Shown: positions 42,339 to 57,957 of the stretch, in pieces
Layout of the letters: each line of letters begins with the position of its first letter
Position numbering within the stretch: position 1 is the stretch's first letter
Program-made: the position numbers and the translations under genes
Notes under the pieces: model-generated
What the model saw: the letters and a program-made list of their open reading frames with translations, nothing else
The model's database searches: none
What the model was told of the DNA's origin: nothing
Assembly: GCA_963769435.1 (NCBI GenBank)
Contig: CAVYLN010000001.1
Span: 959,768-1,023,767 of the forward strand
From: an uncultured Actinomycetota bacterium
GTDB taxonomy: Bacteria > Actinomycetota > Actinomycetes > S36-B12 > UBA10799
DNA length: 64,000 nt
Reading direction: 5' to 3'

Positions 42339-43767
42339 GTGGCCAAGACCGAGTACCAGTGCACCGATTGCGGCAATCGCACGGCGAAGTGGCTGGGCAA
42401 GTGCCCGGCGTGTGAGCGTTTCGGGGTGCTCGTGGAGGCCGCGCCCAGTCGGCCGAAGGCCGGGGCGAAGTCGCGCGGACCCGCCTCCACCCCGACCCGG
42501 GCCGCGCGTCCCGTCGTGGATCTGAGATCCGAGACCCACCAACGGCAGACCACCGGCGTCGGGGAGTTCGACCGCGTGCTCGGCGGCGGTCTTGTCTCAG
42601 GCCAGGTGGTTCTGGTCGCCGGGGAGCCTGGTGTCGGCAAGTCCACCCTGCTGCTCGACGTCGGGCATCGATTCGCCGAACGCAACGGCGCGGTCCTGTA
42701 CGTCTCCGGGGAGGAGTCCGCCGAGCAGATCGGGCTACGGGCCCAGCGGATCGGAGCCCTGCACCCGAACCTGCTGATCGCCGATGAGACCGAGCTGGAG
42801 CAACTCCTGGCGCACGTGACCGCGGTCCGGCCACGCCTGCTGATCGTGGACTCGGTGCAAACGATCGCGACGGCCTCCATCGACTCGCGGGCCGGTGGTG
42901 TCGCGCAGGTGCACGAGGTGACCCAGGCGATCACCCAGTGGGCCAAGTCCCATGGGCTGCCGACGCTGCTCGTGGGACAGTCGACCCGCGAGAACTCGGT
43001 GGCCGGTCCTCGCGCACTGGAACACCTGGTGGACACCGTCGTCACCTTCGAGGGCGACCGGACGTCGGCGTTGCGGATGCTGCGATCGGTCAAGAACCGA
43101 TTCGGCCCCACCGATGAGGTGGCGTGTTTCGAGCACGACGAACAGGGTCTGCGGGAGGTCGGGGATCCGTCGTTCCTGTTCCGGAAGGTGCGCGAGGAAC
43201 CCGTCGCGGGGTCCTGCCTGACGGTGACGATGGAGGGCCGCCGCCCACTGCTCGCCGAGATCCAGGCACTTGTGGCGGTCACCGGGGCTCCTGCTCCGCG
43301 CCGGGCGGCCACCGGACTGGAACTCAACCGGACCACCATGCTGGTCACCGTCACGGAGAAGGCCGGCGCACTGCAACTGAACAACCGGGACGTGTACGCC
43401 GCCACTGTCGGGGGCGCGAAGGTGATCGACCCGGGAAGTGACCTGGCGATCTGTCTGGCTGTCGCGTCGGCACGACTGGACGTCCCCCTGTGGGCCGACA
43501 CCGTCGCCATCGGTGAGGTCACACTGTCCGGTGACCTACGGGTGGTGCCCGGGCCTGGCCAAGCGCATCTCCGAGGCCGCCCGGCTCGGGTTCAAACGGG
43601 TGATCATCCCGGGGGATGCCGGCAGCAATCCGGAGGTGGTGCGCGCGGCCGAGGGCCTTGCGGTGCAGCCCATCCAGCGGCTCAGCGACCTGCTCGGCGC
43701 CCTGCGCCGTACGCCGAGGGTTTCTGCGGTCCGTCCGAAACTGCGACCGGTCAACGCGCCCTTCTGA
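42339..43767 (+). CDS. radA: DNA repair protein RadA, frameshift near 43550
   Basis: CTDCG..KWLGKCPAC zinc finger, GEPGVGKST, KNRFG. Confidence 0.95.
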
Positions 43768-43798
43768 GCCCGTCGGGCGATAATGCCTGGAAGACGGG

Positions 43799-44876
43799 GT
43801 GAGGAGGCAGGCCATGGATCGAGCGCTGCGGATGAGGACGGCGCTCGCGCAACTCGCACCGGGAACGGCCCTTCGCGAGGGACTCGAGCGTATTCTGCGC
43901 GGGCGCACCGGCGGGCTGATCGTCCTGGGCAATGACGAGACCCTCGAGCGGATCTCCGGCGGCGGGTTCCGCATGGACGTCGAATTCACCTCGACCGGGC
44001 TGCGGGAACTCGCCAAGATGGATGGGGCGGTGATCCTCGACCGCAATGCGACCCGCATCCTGCGCGCGGCCGTGCAGCTGTTGCCCGACGCAGCCATCCC
44101 CACGCAGGAGACCGGCACTCGGCATCGCACGGCCGAACGTGTCGCGGTCCAGACCGGATTCCCCGTGATCAGCGTCAGCAAGTCGATGCAGACGCTGGCT
44201 CTGTACTACGACGGTCAGCGGAAGGTCCTCGAGGACTCCACCACGATCCTGGGCAAGGCCAACCAGGCGCTGGCCACGCTCGAGCGGTACCGCTCAGCGC
44301 CTCGACGAGGTCGGATCCACGTTGTCCGCCCTTGAGGTCGAGGACCTCGTGACGGTCCGAGATGTCCTGCTGGTCGCGCAGCGCCTCGAAATGGTCCGGC
44401 GGATGTCCGCGGAGATCGACGAGTTCGTCGTGGAACTCGGCGTCGACGGCCGTCTTCTGGACCTGCAGTTGCGGGAGGTCGTCAACGGGGTCGGCACCGA
44501 CCAGGTGCTCCTGCTCAGGGACTACCTTCCGGACCCCGACGACTACGCACCCACGATCTCCCTGCTCGACGGGGCTGAGGACGAGACGCTCATGGATCTC
44601 ATCTCGCTGGGCACGACCATCGGCCTGTCCGCGGATCTCGACGGGCTGGACCAGCCCTTGAGCCCTCGCGGCTACCGCCTCCTGGGGCGCGTGCCGCGAC
44701 TGCCGGAATCCGTCGTCCAGAGACTCATCGACCACTTCGGCAGCCTGCAGAAGCTGCTCGCCGCCTCGATCGACGACCTGCAGTCGGTGGACGGCGTCGG
44801 TGAGGCCCGGGCCCGGAATGTGCGGGATGCCCTTTCGCGGCTTGCCGAATCGTCGATCCTGGATCGCTACCAGTAG
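43799..44876 (+). CDS. disA: DNA integrity scanning diadenylate cyclase, frameshift near 44295
   Basis: [18 protein letters not shown]-terminal Hh[11 protein letters not shown]. Confidence 0.95.
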
Positions 44877-44882
44877 CACGGG

Positions 44883-45500
44883 TCAGCCCAGGCTGAACGT
44901 GACCGGCTCGCTGGTGACGGCTGCGTTGGTCGCCTCCACCTGGTAGGCGCCGCTCTGCGCGGCGGTCGCGCTGGCACCGCAGCCGTTGGCCGTGACGGTC
45001 GCGTCCCAGGTGCCCTTCACCGCATAGGCCTCCCCGGCCGGGATCTCCTCCTCCTGCGACTCGCCCGGGTCTGTGCAGTCGTCCGAGGACCACACGTCGA
45101 AGCCGCCGGAGGTGACCACAAACGTGTTCGCCGCCGGACCGACGTCGCGCACGCACGCTTCCGCACCCTCGTTGGCGATCTTCATGACGAACTCGACCGG
45201 ACCGCCGGCAGGGGCGGTCTGGGCCGTCGTGACCGAAACGACGATGTCAGTGTCCTGGCACGGTGCCCCGGACACCGCGGGCGACGCCGAACCCGACGGG
45301 GTCGGACTCGTGGCCGGGGTCGACAGTGTCGGCAGCGGGGAGGGGCTCGCGCTGGCTGCCGTGGGCGCCGGTGATCCACCCGGCGAGATGAGCCACCACA
45401 CCAGCGCCAGGACGACGAGCACTCCCAGGATCACGACGATCCGGCGGCGCCAGTAGACGCTGGCGGGTTCCGGGCCGACCGGGTTGAACAACGAACTCAT
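44883..45500 (-). CDS. Membrane-anchored exported protein conserved between disA and mutY
   Basis: PVGPEPASVYWRRR, one TM, Pro/Ser linker, VWSSDDC. Confidence 0.8.
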   Translation of the reverse strand: MSSLFNPVGPEPASVYWRRRIVVILGVLVVLALVWWLISPGGSPAPTAASASPSPLPTLSTPATSPTPSGSASPAVSGAPCQDTDIVVSVTTAQTAPAGGPVEFVMKIANEGAEACVRDVGPAANTFVVTSGGFDVWSSDDCTDPGESQEEEIPAGEAYAVKGTWDATVTANGCGASATAAQSGAYQVEATNAAVTSEPVTFSLG

Positions 45501-45569
45501 GACAGCAACGTTATGCAGCCCTCGGGCCCCGCGTTTGCCCGGGTCGGGCAACCGGGGTGCAATGTCGGC

Positions 45570-46388
45570 ATGGCTCAGGTGGACCGCGTCGTCAGCGAGT
45601 GGTTCATCGCCAACCGTCGGGACCTGCCGTGGCGATCCAGTGACCCCTGGGGCGTCTACGTCAGCGAGATCATGCTGCAGCAGACACCCGTCAACCGGGT
45701 GCTACCGGCCTGGCACGCCTGGCTGTCACGCTGGCCCACTCCCACCGCCCTTGCCGACGACTCGGTGGGGGAGGCGATCCGGCAATGGGGCCGCCTCGGG
45801 TATCCACGTCGGGCGAAGCGGATGCACGAGGCTTCCGTGGTGATGCGCGACCGATTCGACGGTCGCGTCCCCGACCGCGAGGACCTGCTGCGCGACCTGC
45901 CGGGAGTGGGCGAGTACACCGCGGCGGCGGTGGCCGCCTTCGCGTACGGTCGCGACACTGTCGTCGTGGACATCAACGTCCGCCGATTCCTCACACGGAT
46001 CCTGACCGGCCGCGATCCCGGGCTGCACCCATCCGCTGCGGAACGCGCGTTGGCACAACTGGTCTTCGACGAACTGGACGTACCGGCACCGCTGTGGGCG
46101 GCGGCCTCCATGGAGTTCGGGGCGCTCGTGTGCACCGCGCGAGCGCCGGGATGTGATTCCTGCCCGCTGTCCGAGGCGTGCGATTGGGTACCCGGACCGC
46201 GCGTCTCGCGCACCCAGACCTACGAGGGGACCGACCGCCAGGCCCGCGGTGCCGTGCTGGAGGTGCTGCGCCAAGGCCCGGTGGACGACTTCGACTGGCA
46301 CGATCGGGACCAGCTCGAGCGGGCTCTGGGTGGGCTGCTCGCCGACGGCCTGATCGTGCGGACCGATCGATGGCGGCTACCGGACTAG
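45570..46388 (+). CDS. mutY: A/G-specific adenine glycosylase
   Basis: RDLPWR, VSEIMLQQT, LGYPRRA, LPGVGEYTA, CTARAPGCDSCPLSEAC [4Fe-4S] motif. Confidence 0.93.
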   Translation: MAQVDRVVSEWFIANRRDLPWRSSDPWGVYVSEIMLQQTPVNRVLPAWHAWLSRWPTPTALADDSVGEAIRQWGRLGYPRRAKRMHEASVVMRDRFDGRVPDREDLLRDLPGVGEYTAAAVAAFAYGRDTVVVDINVRRFLTRILTGRDPGLHPSAAERALAQLVFDELDVPAPLWAAASMEFGALVCTARAPGCDSCPLSEACDWVPGPRVSRTQTYEGTDRQARGAVLEVLRQGPVDDFDWHDRDQLERALGGLLADGLIVRTDRWRLPD

Positions 46389-46416
46389 GCGCGGCCCAGC
46401 TCTCTGGGGATCCGAC

Positions 46417-46599
46417 CGCCTCCAACTCTCCGCGGACACCTGAAGCGGCCTTCGCCTCACTGCGCTGAGTTGGAGGGCATTCGACCCATTTGTCCCGGTT
46501 TGTAAGGAAATTCGCCTCCAAGCTGTCCGCACACAGCCCACAGCGATGCGGACAGTTGGAGGCGAACCGGCAGCAGGGCGCAGCGACGCGGACAGTTGG
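46417..46599. repeat. Cluster of five related short motifs, four in alternating orientation plus a partial fifth (REP/BIME-like)
   Basis: CGCCTCCAACTCTCCGC 46417, GAGTTGGAGG 46467, TTCGCCTCCAAGCTGTCCGCA 46511, TGCGGACAGTTGGAGGCGAA 46547, GCGGACAGTTGG 46588. Confidence 0.75.
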
Positions 46600-46622
46600 G
46601 TCCCTCAGTTGCCCGCCAGACA

Positions 46623-46662
46623 CGCAGAGGGGCCGCACCGAACCCGGTGCGGCCCCTCTGCG
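46623..46662. terminator. GC-rich hairpin, probable terminator after clpC
   Basis: Perfect 18-bp stem CGCAGAGGGGCCGCACCG-aacc-CGGTGCGGCCCCTCTGCG just downstream of the clpC stop. Confidence 0.8.
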
Positions 46663-46673
46663 GTGAGCGTTGA

Positions 46674-49169
<2,496 letters not shown>

Positions 49170-49220
49170 CCGTAGACTCCCATCGCACGGTGATTTCTCA
49201 CTCTAGCCTCGACCTACGAC

Positions 49221-49298
49221 AACGACGAGTTCGTTTGTGTGCTTCCCGGCTTCGCCCAGGGTGAACGCGGCGACCTCGGCCGGGCACGCACCGCGAAC
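49221..49298 (-). promoter_or_regulatory. clpC control region: SigR/SigH-type promoter plus ClgR-like sites
   Basis: GGAAG-N18-GTT at 49246-49221; GTTCAC-N5-GCGAA at 49266-49251; GTTCGC-N5-GTG at 49298-49285. Confidence 0.55.
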
Positions 49299-49364
49299 AC
49301 CCGGACAGATTCCATTTCACATGTGAAGCCGATTCTGTCCAAGTTTCGCGCGGGCCGACCCCCG

Positions 49365-51446
49365 TCACTCCGGAGAGGCCCCAAGCCGCAGGTCGTGGCA
49401 GGCGAGCAGGAACTCCGAGGCGGACCACGCCTGGTAGGCCTTGCCCATCGGGCGGCCGGTCTCGCCGTGCGCCCACTCGTTGAACTCCCACTCCGTCGAA
49501 GATCCCGTCCTGGTTGAGCTTGGCCAGCTTGACGAGTTCCTGGTAGGCGATCTGGCGGTAGCCCAGGCGCTGGATGAACCTCACCCACTGGGCGCCGATG
49601 AACGGCCAGATCCCGCCGTTGTGGTAGTGGTGCGGGAGGTTCAGCAGGTTCACCGTGTAGTAGGGCGCGCCAGTCCGGGTCACCGGAGTGCACGACCGGG
49701 TAGAGGTTCTTGACCGGCCACGGGTCGTTGATCCCGACCCCCCACATGAAGCGGAAGGCGATCTTGGCCCGTGCCACGTCCAGGACGTTGAACAGCGAGG
49801 CGAGGATGTTGCCGTAGACGTCGCAGCGCCAGTTGAAGTCGAACGGCGTCACCTGCGCCAGCAGGTACCGGGTGTCGCCGACGCCGAGTTGCCGCTCGGT
49901 GAACATGGAACCGGCACCCTCGTCGCCCTTCGGCCCGGTCGTCGGCCAGAACCGGTCCAGCAGCACCGACTTGATCGTCTGCGACCAGCGCAGGTAGTCC
50001 GCCGCCCGCTCGTGTTCCCCGGCCAGTTCCAGCATCCGGCCGAACGCGACGTTGGCGCGGTACCACAGCACCTCGTCGACCAGGATGTTGTAGCTGCGGC
50101 CGAACAGGTCGGTCCAGTCCCCGGCCTCCGGGATCTCGAGCAGGGCGTCGTTGTTGCTGTCGTGCGCGCTGAGCCAGTTCATGGCGTGCTGCAGACCCCA
50201 CAGCCGCTCGCGCAGGAAGCGCGATGTCCCCGGAGTTGCGCACGTACTCGTACATGGCGATGACGGTCCACAGACCCGGAGTCGATGGAACTGATCCCGC
50301 CGACCCCGGAGTAGTCGGGGATCTCCTCGTCGATGGTCACGTTGGCCGGGATCTGACCGTTGGGACTCATGTGGTTGAGCAGCGTCTCCAGGGTCCTGCG
50401 ACGCGCACGCCCGGATCTCCGGATCGTCGAGGTGCATCGAACCGACGACCGCGACGGACCCGTCGCGCGCCCAGACGCTGCGGTAGTTCACATCGGTGCC
50501 GTGGACCAGGTTGTCCTCCAGCGAACACGCGGAGAAGCCCAGCGGGGTGATGTTGCGCTTGAGCGCCTCGACCGCCTTGGCGTACGCCGGTCTCCAGCAG
50601 TTCGATGTCCTCGCGCGACAGCCCGTCGACGTGCTCCTCGTCGAAGATCCGCTGGATCGCCGGGTCGAGTCTGCTTGGGCCATTCGTGGTCGTCGTACTC
50701 GGGGATCTCGCGTGATCACACCGTAGTGCTGCAGGCCCTCGAGCACGCCGTCGGCGAAGTGCTCCTGCGCCTGGATAGGTGGGCACGGACAGCGTGCGGG
50801 CGGAGAGTTCCGGCTGCGCGTTCTCGACGACGATCCCGCGGACGCCGGGGATGAGGAACATCGCCGAGTCGTTGCCGGTGTCACCGGCCACGACCACCTC
50901 GTGGGCCTTGATCCCCAGTTCGTCCAGGAGCCAGCGCAACGAGTTGCCCTTGTTGGCCATCTTGGGCAGCACGTCGAGGTCGCGGGCACTGGAGTAGACG
51001 AGGTTGACCGTGACCCCCTCGGCGTTCAACAGGTCCTCGAGCTGCTGGATCGCCTCGTCCTCGGCACCTTCGAGGTACCAACTGGACTTGTAGCGGTGCT
51101 GGAACTGAGGCGGTTGCCGAACGGCGTTCGTGGCGGCCTGCACGATCGACTCGATGGTGCCCTTGTCCCACCCCTCCTCCATGACCTCGGAGAACTCCTT
51201 GAGCATCGTCTTGGCCTTGAAGTCGTAGATCATGGTGCCGACCCCGCAGATCGCGAAATCCGGCTCCGGCAGGTCCGTGTTGGCGATCACCTTGACGGTG
51301 TCGTTGAGCAGCCGGCCGGTCGTGTAGCACAGCAGCGGGCGGGCCTCGTCGGGGATCGAGCGCCAGGCATGGTTGAAACGCAAGGTGGCGTCGGGTTTGC
51401 CCAGAAGGGTTCCGTCAAGGTCGGAGCAGAACATCCGTACTGACAT
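49365..51446 (-). CDS. HAD-IIB (sucrose/mannosylfructose-phosphate phosphatase-like) domain fused to a GH100-like (alpha/alpha)6 glycoside hydrolase; multiple frameshifts
   Basis: FCSDLDGTLLG, DLDVLP..ANKG, AGDTGND; then NYRSVWARDG, IPEAGDWTDLF, YHNGGIWPFIG, EFNEWAHG..GKAYQAWSA. Confidence 0.8.
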
Positions 51447-51531
51447 GCGAATCCTTTCGAGTCGGCCCCGGACGCCCACCCTAGCCCGCGCCGGGGACGC
51501 AGGGAGGTTGAGCGGATCCGGCCGATCGCGA

Positions 51532-52840
51532 TCAGACGAACGAGTCGGTCACGTCGAAACTCGGAGTGCCCCGGGACTCCACGGCGCTGATCAACTGCTG
51601 GGCGATACCGGTCCACGTGAACAGTGCCCGCACGCGATGTGCGCCGTCGCGGTGCAGTCGCTCCCGCAGCCTCTGGTACTTCAACGCCTGCAGCAGAGCG
51701 ATGCCGAACTCCTGCTTGTCGGTGGTGTCGGCGTACAGCGCCTGTGGATCCGAAGTACACGGCCCGCCACAGCCCACCGTGGGTGGTCATGACCGTCGGC
51801 GCCCCACAGGCCATGGCCTCCACCGCCGTCATCCCGAACGGTTCGTACCGGCTGGACAGCGCGAACACGTCGGCCGCGCGGTAGAAGTCGGCCATCTCGT
51901 CGTCCTCGAGGGATCCGGTCAACTGCACGCGGTCCTCGAGACCGTACTCGCGGACCTTCGCAACGATCTCGTCCAGGATGTCGTTGTCACCGAAGTCGGA
52001 GGTCTCGGCGCCACACGCTATCCGCAGCCGGGCTTCCGGGATCCGTTCGGCGACCACGCTGAACGCGTCCACGAGCAGGTCGAAGCCCTTGTTGCGCGCC
52101 AGTCGCCCGATGGAGGCGATGACCAGACCCTCGTACCCCAGCGACTCCCGGATGCTGTCGCGCGTCGCACCACTGACAGGGAAGAACCGGTTGTCGTCGT
52201 AGCCCGGCGGGATCATCTTGATGCGGTGAGCCGCCACGTCGTAATGCTCGCGCAGCAGGTCCACCTGCGGCGGCGAGGTGGCGATCACCATGTCGCACTC
52301 GCGGAACAGCGTCTCCTCGTGGTGGATGCGCCGGCTGAAGTTGTACTGCTTCTCCATCTCCTCGGCGGACTTGTCGGAGTCCTGCTCCATCTGGTGCTTC
52401 TTCCAGTACCCCAGCGAGTGCGGGGTGTGGATGTGCGGCACGTCGAGCACGTTGGCCAGGTGCTGGCCCGCCAGGCCGGCGTCCCAGTAGTGGCTGTTGA
52501 TGAACTCGTACTCCAGGCCCTTGTTCTTGATGAAGCGCAGGGCGTTCTCACCCCACTCGGGGAGTTTCTTGTAGAGGTACTCCTTGGGGATGAACTCGGG
52601 CCCGCCGCAGTTCATCCGGATGATCCGGACATCCTCGTCGACGACCTCGATCTGCCGCTGCTTCTCGAAACGCCGGGTCCAGATGTCCACGCGGTAGCCC
52701 AGTTGCGCGAGTTTCTTGGACAGTTCGAGGACGAAGACCACCTGACCGCCGGTGTCGGGGGCACCGAGCGGGGGTTCCGCGGCCACGTACCCGTGTGTGG
52801 AGATCATGGCTATCCGTTGCTTGCGCCGCCGGGGGGCCAC
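51532..52840 (-). CDS. mfpsA: GT4 sugar-phosphate synthase, mannosylfructose-phosphate synthase (MfpsA)/SPS-like, frameshift near 51745
   Basis: ISTHGYVAAEPPLGAPDTGGQVVFVLEL, FIPKEYL, INSHYWDAG, HTPHSLG, SSRYEPFGMTAVEAMACG; gene symbol assigned from recalled similarity. Confidence 0.75.
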
Positions 52841-52970
52841 TGCAAATCACCTCGTCAGATCGCGAACCACTGCCCTGATACTACCCGTGGGCCCGCGAGC
52901 GACACACCCCCACGCGCAACCGGGCTCCCCGGCGACGCCGACCACGCCGTTCGGCGGGGTACCCTCCAGG

Positions 52971-53841
52971 ATGCGCACTTCTCCGGGAGGGGACGACCTA
53001 CAGATCCGGCCGCTGGAACGCTCGGGGTTGGATCTCGTGATGCAGTGGGCCGCCGACGAGGGCTGGAACCCCGGCTCGTGCGACGCGGGACTGTTCTGGA
53101 ACACCGACCCCGAGGGGTTCCTGGGCGTGGAGTCGGACGGCAGGCTCGTGGGTGCGGGGGCGATCATCGACTACGGGCGGGCGTTCGGCTTCATGGGGCT
53201 GTTCATCGTGACCCCGGAGCTACGCGGCCGAGGCGTCGGCCGCCGACTCTGGTACCACCGTCGGGACACCCTGCTCGCACGGTTGCAGCCCGGCGCCGCG
53301 ATCGCACTGGACGGGGTCAAGGACATGGAGGGCTTCTACGCCGGCGGCGGTTTCCGTGCCACACACGACGAGGTCCGGATGTCGACCCGGGCGCCGCGCG
53401 CCGTCGGGGGTGGGGCCGAGCCGGTCACGGAAGTCGACGAATCGATTGCCGCGCTGGACGTCGCATGTTTCGGTGCGGCCAGGCCGGCGTTCCTCGGACC
53501 CTGGCTGACAGCGCCGGGCCACATCAGCCGCGCGGTGCGGCACGACGGGCGGATCGTGGGCTTCGGAACACTTCGGCCCTGCCAGTCGGGTTTCAAAGTG
53601 GGTCCGTTGTTCGCGGAGTCCGCCGACGTGGCCGACACCATCTTCAGATCCCTGTGCGCGGACCTGCCCGAGAGCGCCGAGGTGTTCGTCGACGTTCCCG
53701 AGGTCAATCGGGAAGCGATGAAGTGGATCGCGACCCGGGGTGGCAACGGAGGTCTTCCGGTGCGCCCGGATGTACTACGGATCCCCGCCCGACACCGACT
53801 GGGCCAAGGTTTTCGGCATCACCACCTTGGAACTGGGCTGA
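52971..53841 (+). CDS. GNAT N-acetyltransferase with YitH-like C-terminal domain, frameshift near 53745
   Basis: WAADEGWNPG, FMGLFIV..ELRGRGVG, KVGPLFA, reconstructed end ARMYYG...FGITTLELG*. Confidence 0.85.
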
Positions 53842-53997
53842 TCTCCCGGCGAAGGTTGTGAACATCACGTCACGGGGCGCACAGATGTTTGCACGCTTTG
53901 CCGAGAAGGCCCAGTTCGCCCGAACTGACCCCGCCGATCGCGCCCAAGCCTCCCGACAACCCGACGTGGATTGCTCAGCCGCACTACGCTTCCCGGG

Positions 53998-56644
<2,647 letters not shown>

Positions 56645-56654
56645 GAGGCACACC

Positions 56655-57017
56655 TCAGCCTGCGAGCCCGGTTCCCAGATACCACCCCGCGATCGCGGCC
56701 AGCAGACCCACGGCCATGCTGGCACCCACGTTGAGCAGGGCCACGGTTCCGGAACCGTCCTCGACCAACCGGACCGTCTCGAAGCCGAACGTGCTGAACG
56801 TGGTGAAGCCGCCGCAGAAGCCGGCACCGAGCAGCGCCACCCACTGCTGCGAGAGATCGGCGCCGAGGATCACCCCGAGCAGCAGGGACCCCGCCACGTT
56901 GATGGTGAAGGTGCCCCAGGGGAAGACGCTGTCATGGCGCGACTGCACGGATCGGTCGAGCAGCCACCGGCTGGGCGCTCCGACCGCGGCGCCGAGCATG
57001 ACCAGCGCGAGGATCAA
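56655..57017 (-). CDS. crcB: Fluoride channel FluC/CrcB
   Basis: [25 protein letters not shown]. Confidence 0.92.
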   Translation of the reverse strand: MILALVMLGAAVGAPSRWLLDRSVQSRHDSVFPWGTFTINVAGSLLLGVILGADLSQQWVALLGAGFCGGFTTFSTFGFETVRLVEDGSGTVALLNVGASMAVGLLAAIAGWYLGTGLAG

Positions 57018-57352
57018 GGCTTCCCGCCGACGTACTTGATGACCTGCACCGGATCCAGGATCACCAGACCCTGCCCGATCAGTTCGTCGAGTTCGGGCAG
57101 GAACGCCTCGACCCGGTCCTGGGTGTCGACGATGACGATTGCCACCGGCAGATCCTCGCCCAGGCTGAGCAGGCGACTGGTGTGCACCCTGGAACTGGCA
57201 CCGAAGCCCTCGATCCCGCGCATCACACTGGCACCGGCCAGTCCAGCCGCGTGCGCGCGGTGGACGACTTCGGTGTAGACCGGGCGATGGTGCCACTGGT
57301 CGCTCTCCCCCACGAAGATCGTCAGCCGCATCGCCGACCCCTCGAGTTTCAT
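57014..57352 (-). CDS. DUF190 (PII-like) protein
   Basis: [41 protein letters not shown]. Confidence 0.9.
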   Translation of the reverse strand: MKLEGSAMRLTIFVGESDQWHHRPVYTEVVHRAHAAGLAGASVMRGIEGFGASSRVHTSRLLSLGEDLPVAIVIVDTQDRVEAFLPELDELIGQGLVILDPVQVIKYVGGKP

Positions 57353-57828
57353 GATCTCTTCTCCCTCACCGCATCTGCGGACAGCGCACGTGCCAGAACG
57401 ATCCCGAGCCACACCGCCACGACCCCGACGGCGACACTGGCGAACATGTAGACGATCCCGATCGGGGCGTGACCGTCCATCAGCAGTTGCCGCGCCTGGG
57501 ACGTGTACGCCGAGTAGGTCGTGAAGCCGCCCATCACCCCGACCGCGAGGAAGGGCCGCAGGTACCGGCGGGGCGACCACACGTCGAGCAGGTAGACCAT
57601 CAGTGCCCCGAGCAGGAAGCAGCCCAGCACGTTCTCCACGAAGGTCGACCATGGGAACAGGGACTCCGGCACCACCACGTCGAGCAGGTGCCTGCCCGCC
57701 CCGCCGATCGCGCCTCCGGCCGCGATCGCGAGCAGTAGATCCCACGTGCGCTCTCGCGCGACCGGGGTGTCGACATCGAACGGGGACAGGTCCGGGTCGA
57801 CCGGGAGATCCGGCTCTGCGTCTGCCAT
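57349..57828 (-). CDS. crcB: Fluoride channel FluC/CrcB (second subunit)
   Basis: [31 protein letters not shown]. Confidence 0.9.
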   Translation of the reverse strand: MADAEPDLPVDPDLSPFDVDTPVARERTWDLLLAIAAGGAIGGAGRHLLDVVVPESLFPWSTFVENVLGCFLLGALMVYLLDVWSPRRYLRPFLAVGVMGGFTTYSAYTSQARQLLMDGHAPIGIVYMFASVAVGVVAVWLGIVLARALSADAVREKRS

Positions 57829-57957
57829 CAAGGCCTCCCTTCGTGCCCGAGGCTAGTGGCCCGAGGCGAGCCGTTGTAGGCGGTGGTGATCGGATCGTGA
57901 CCTGCCTCACCCGAAGGTGGTGTTGATCCGCCACGGGTCTCGGGAGACCATGGAGGG

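Noticed and set aside
42339-44876. radA-disA as a novel cyclic-dinucleotide defence system
   Set aside because: Well-known conserved housekeeping operon
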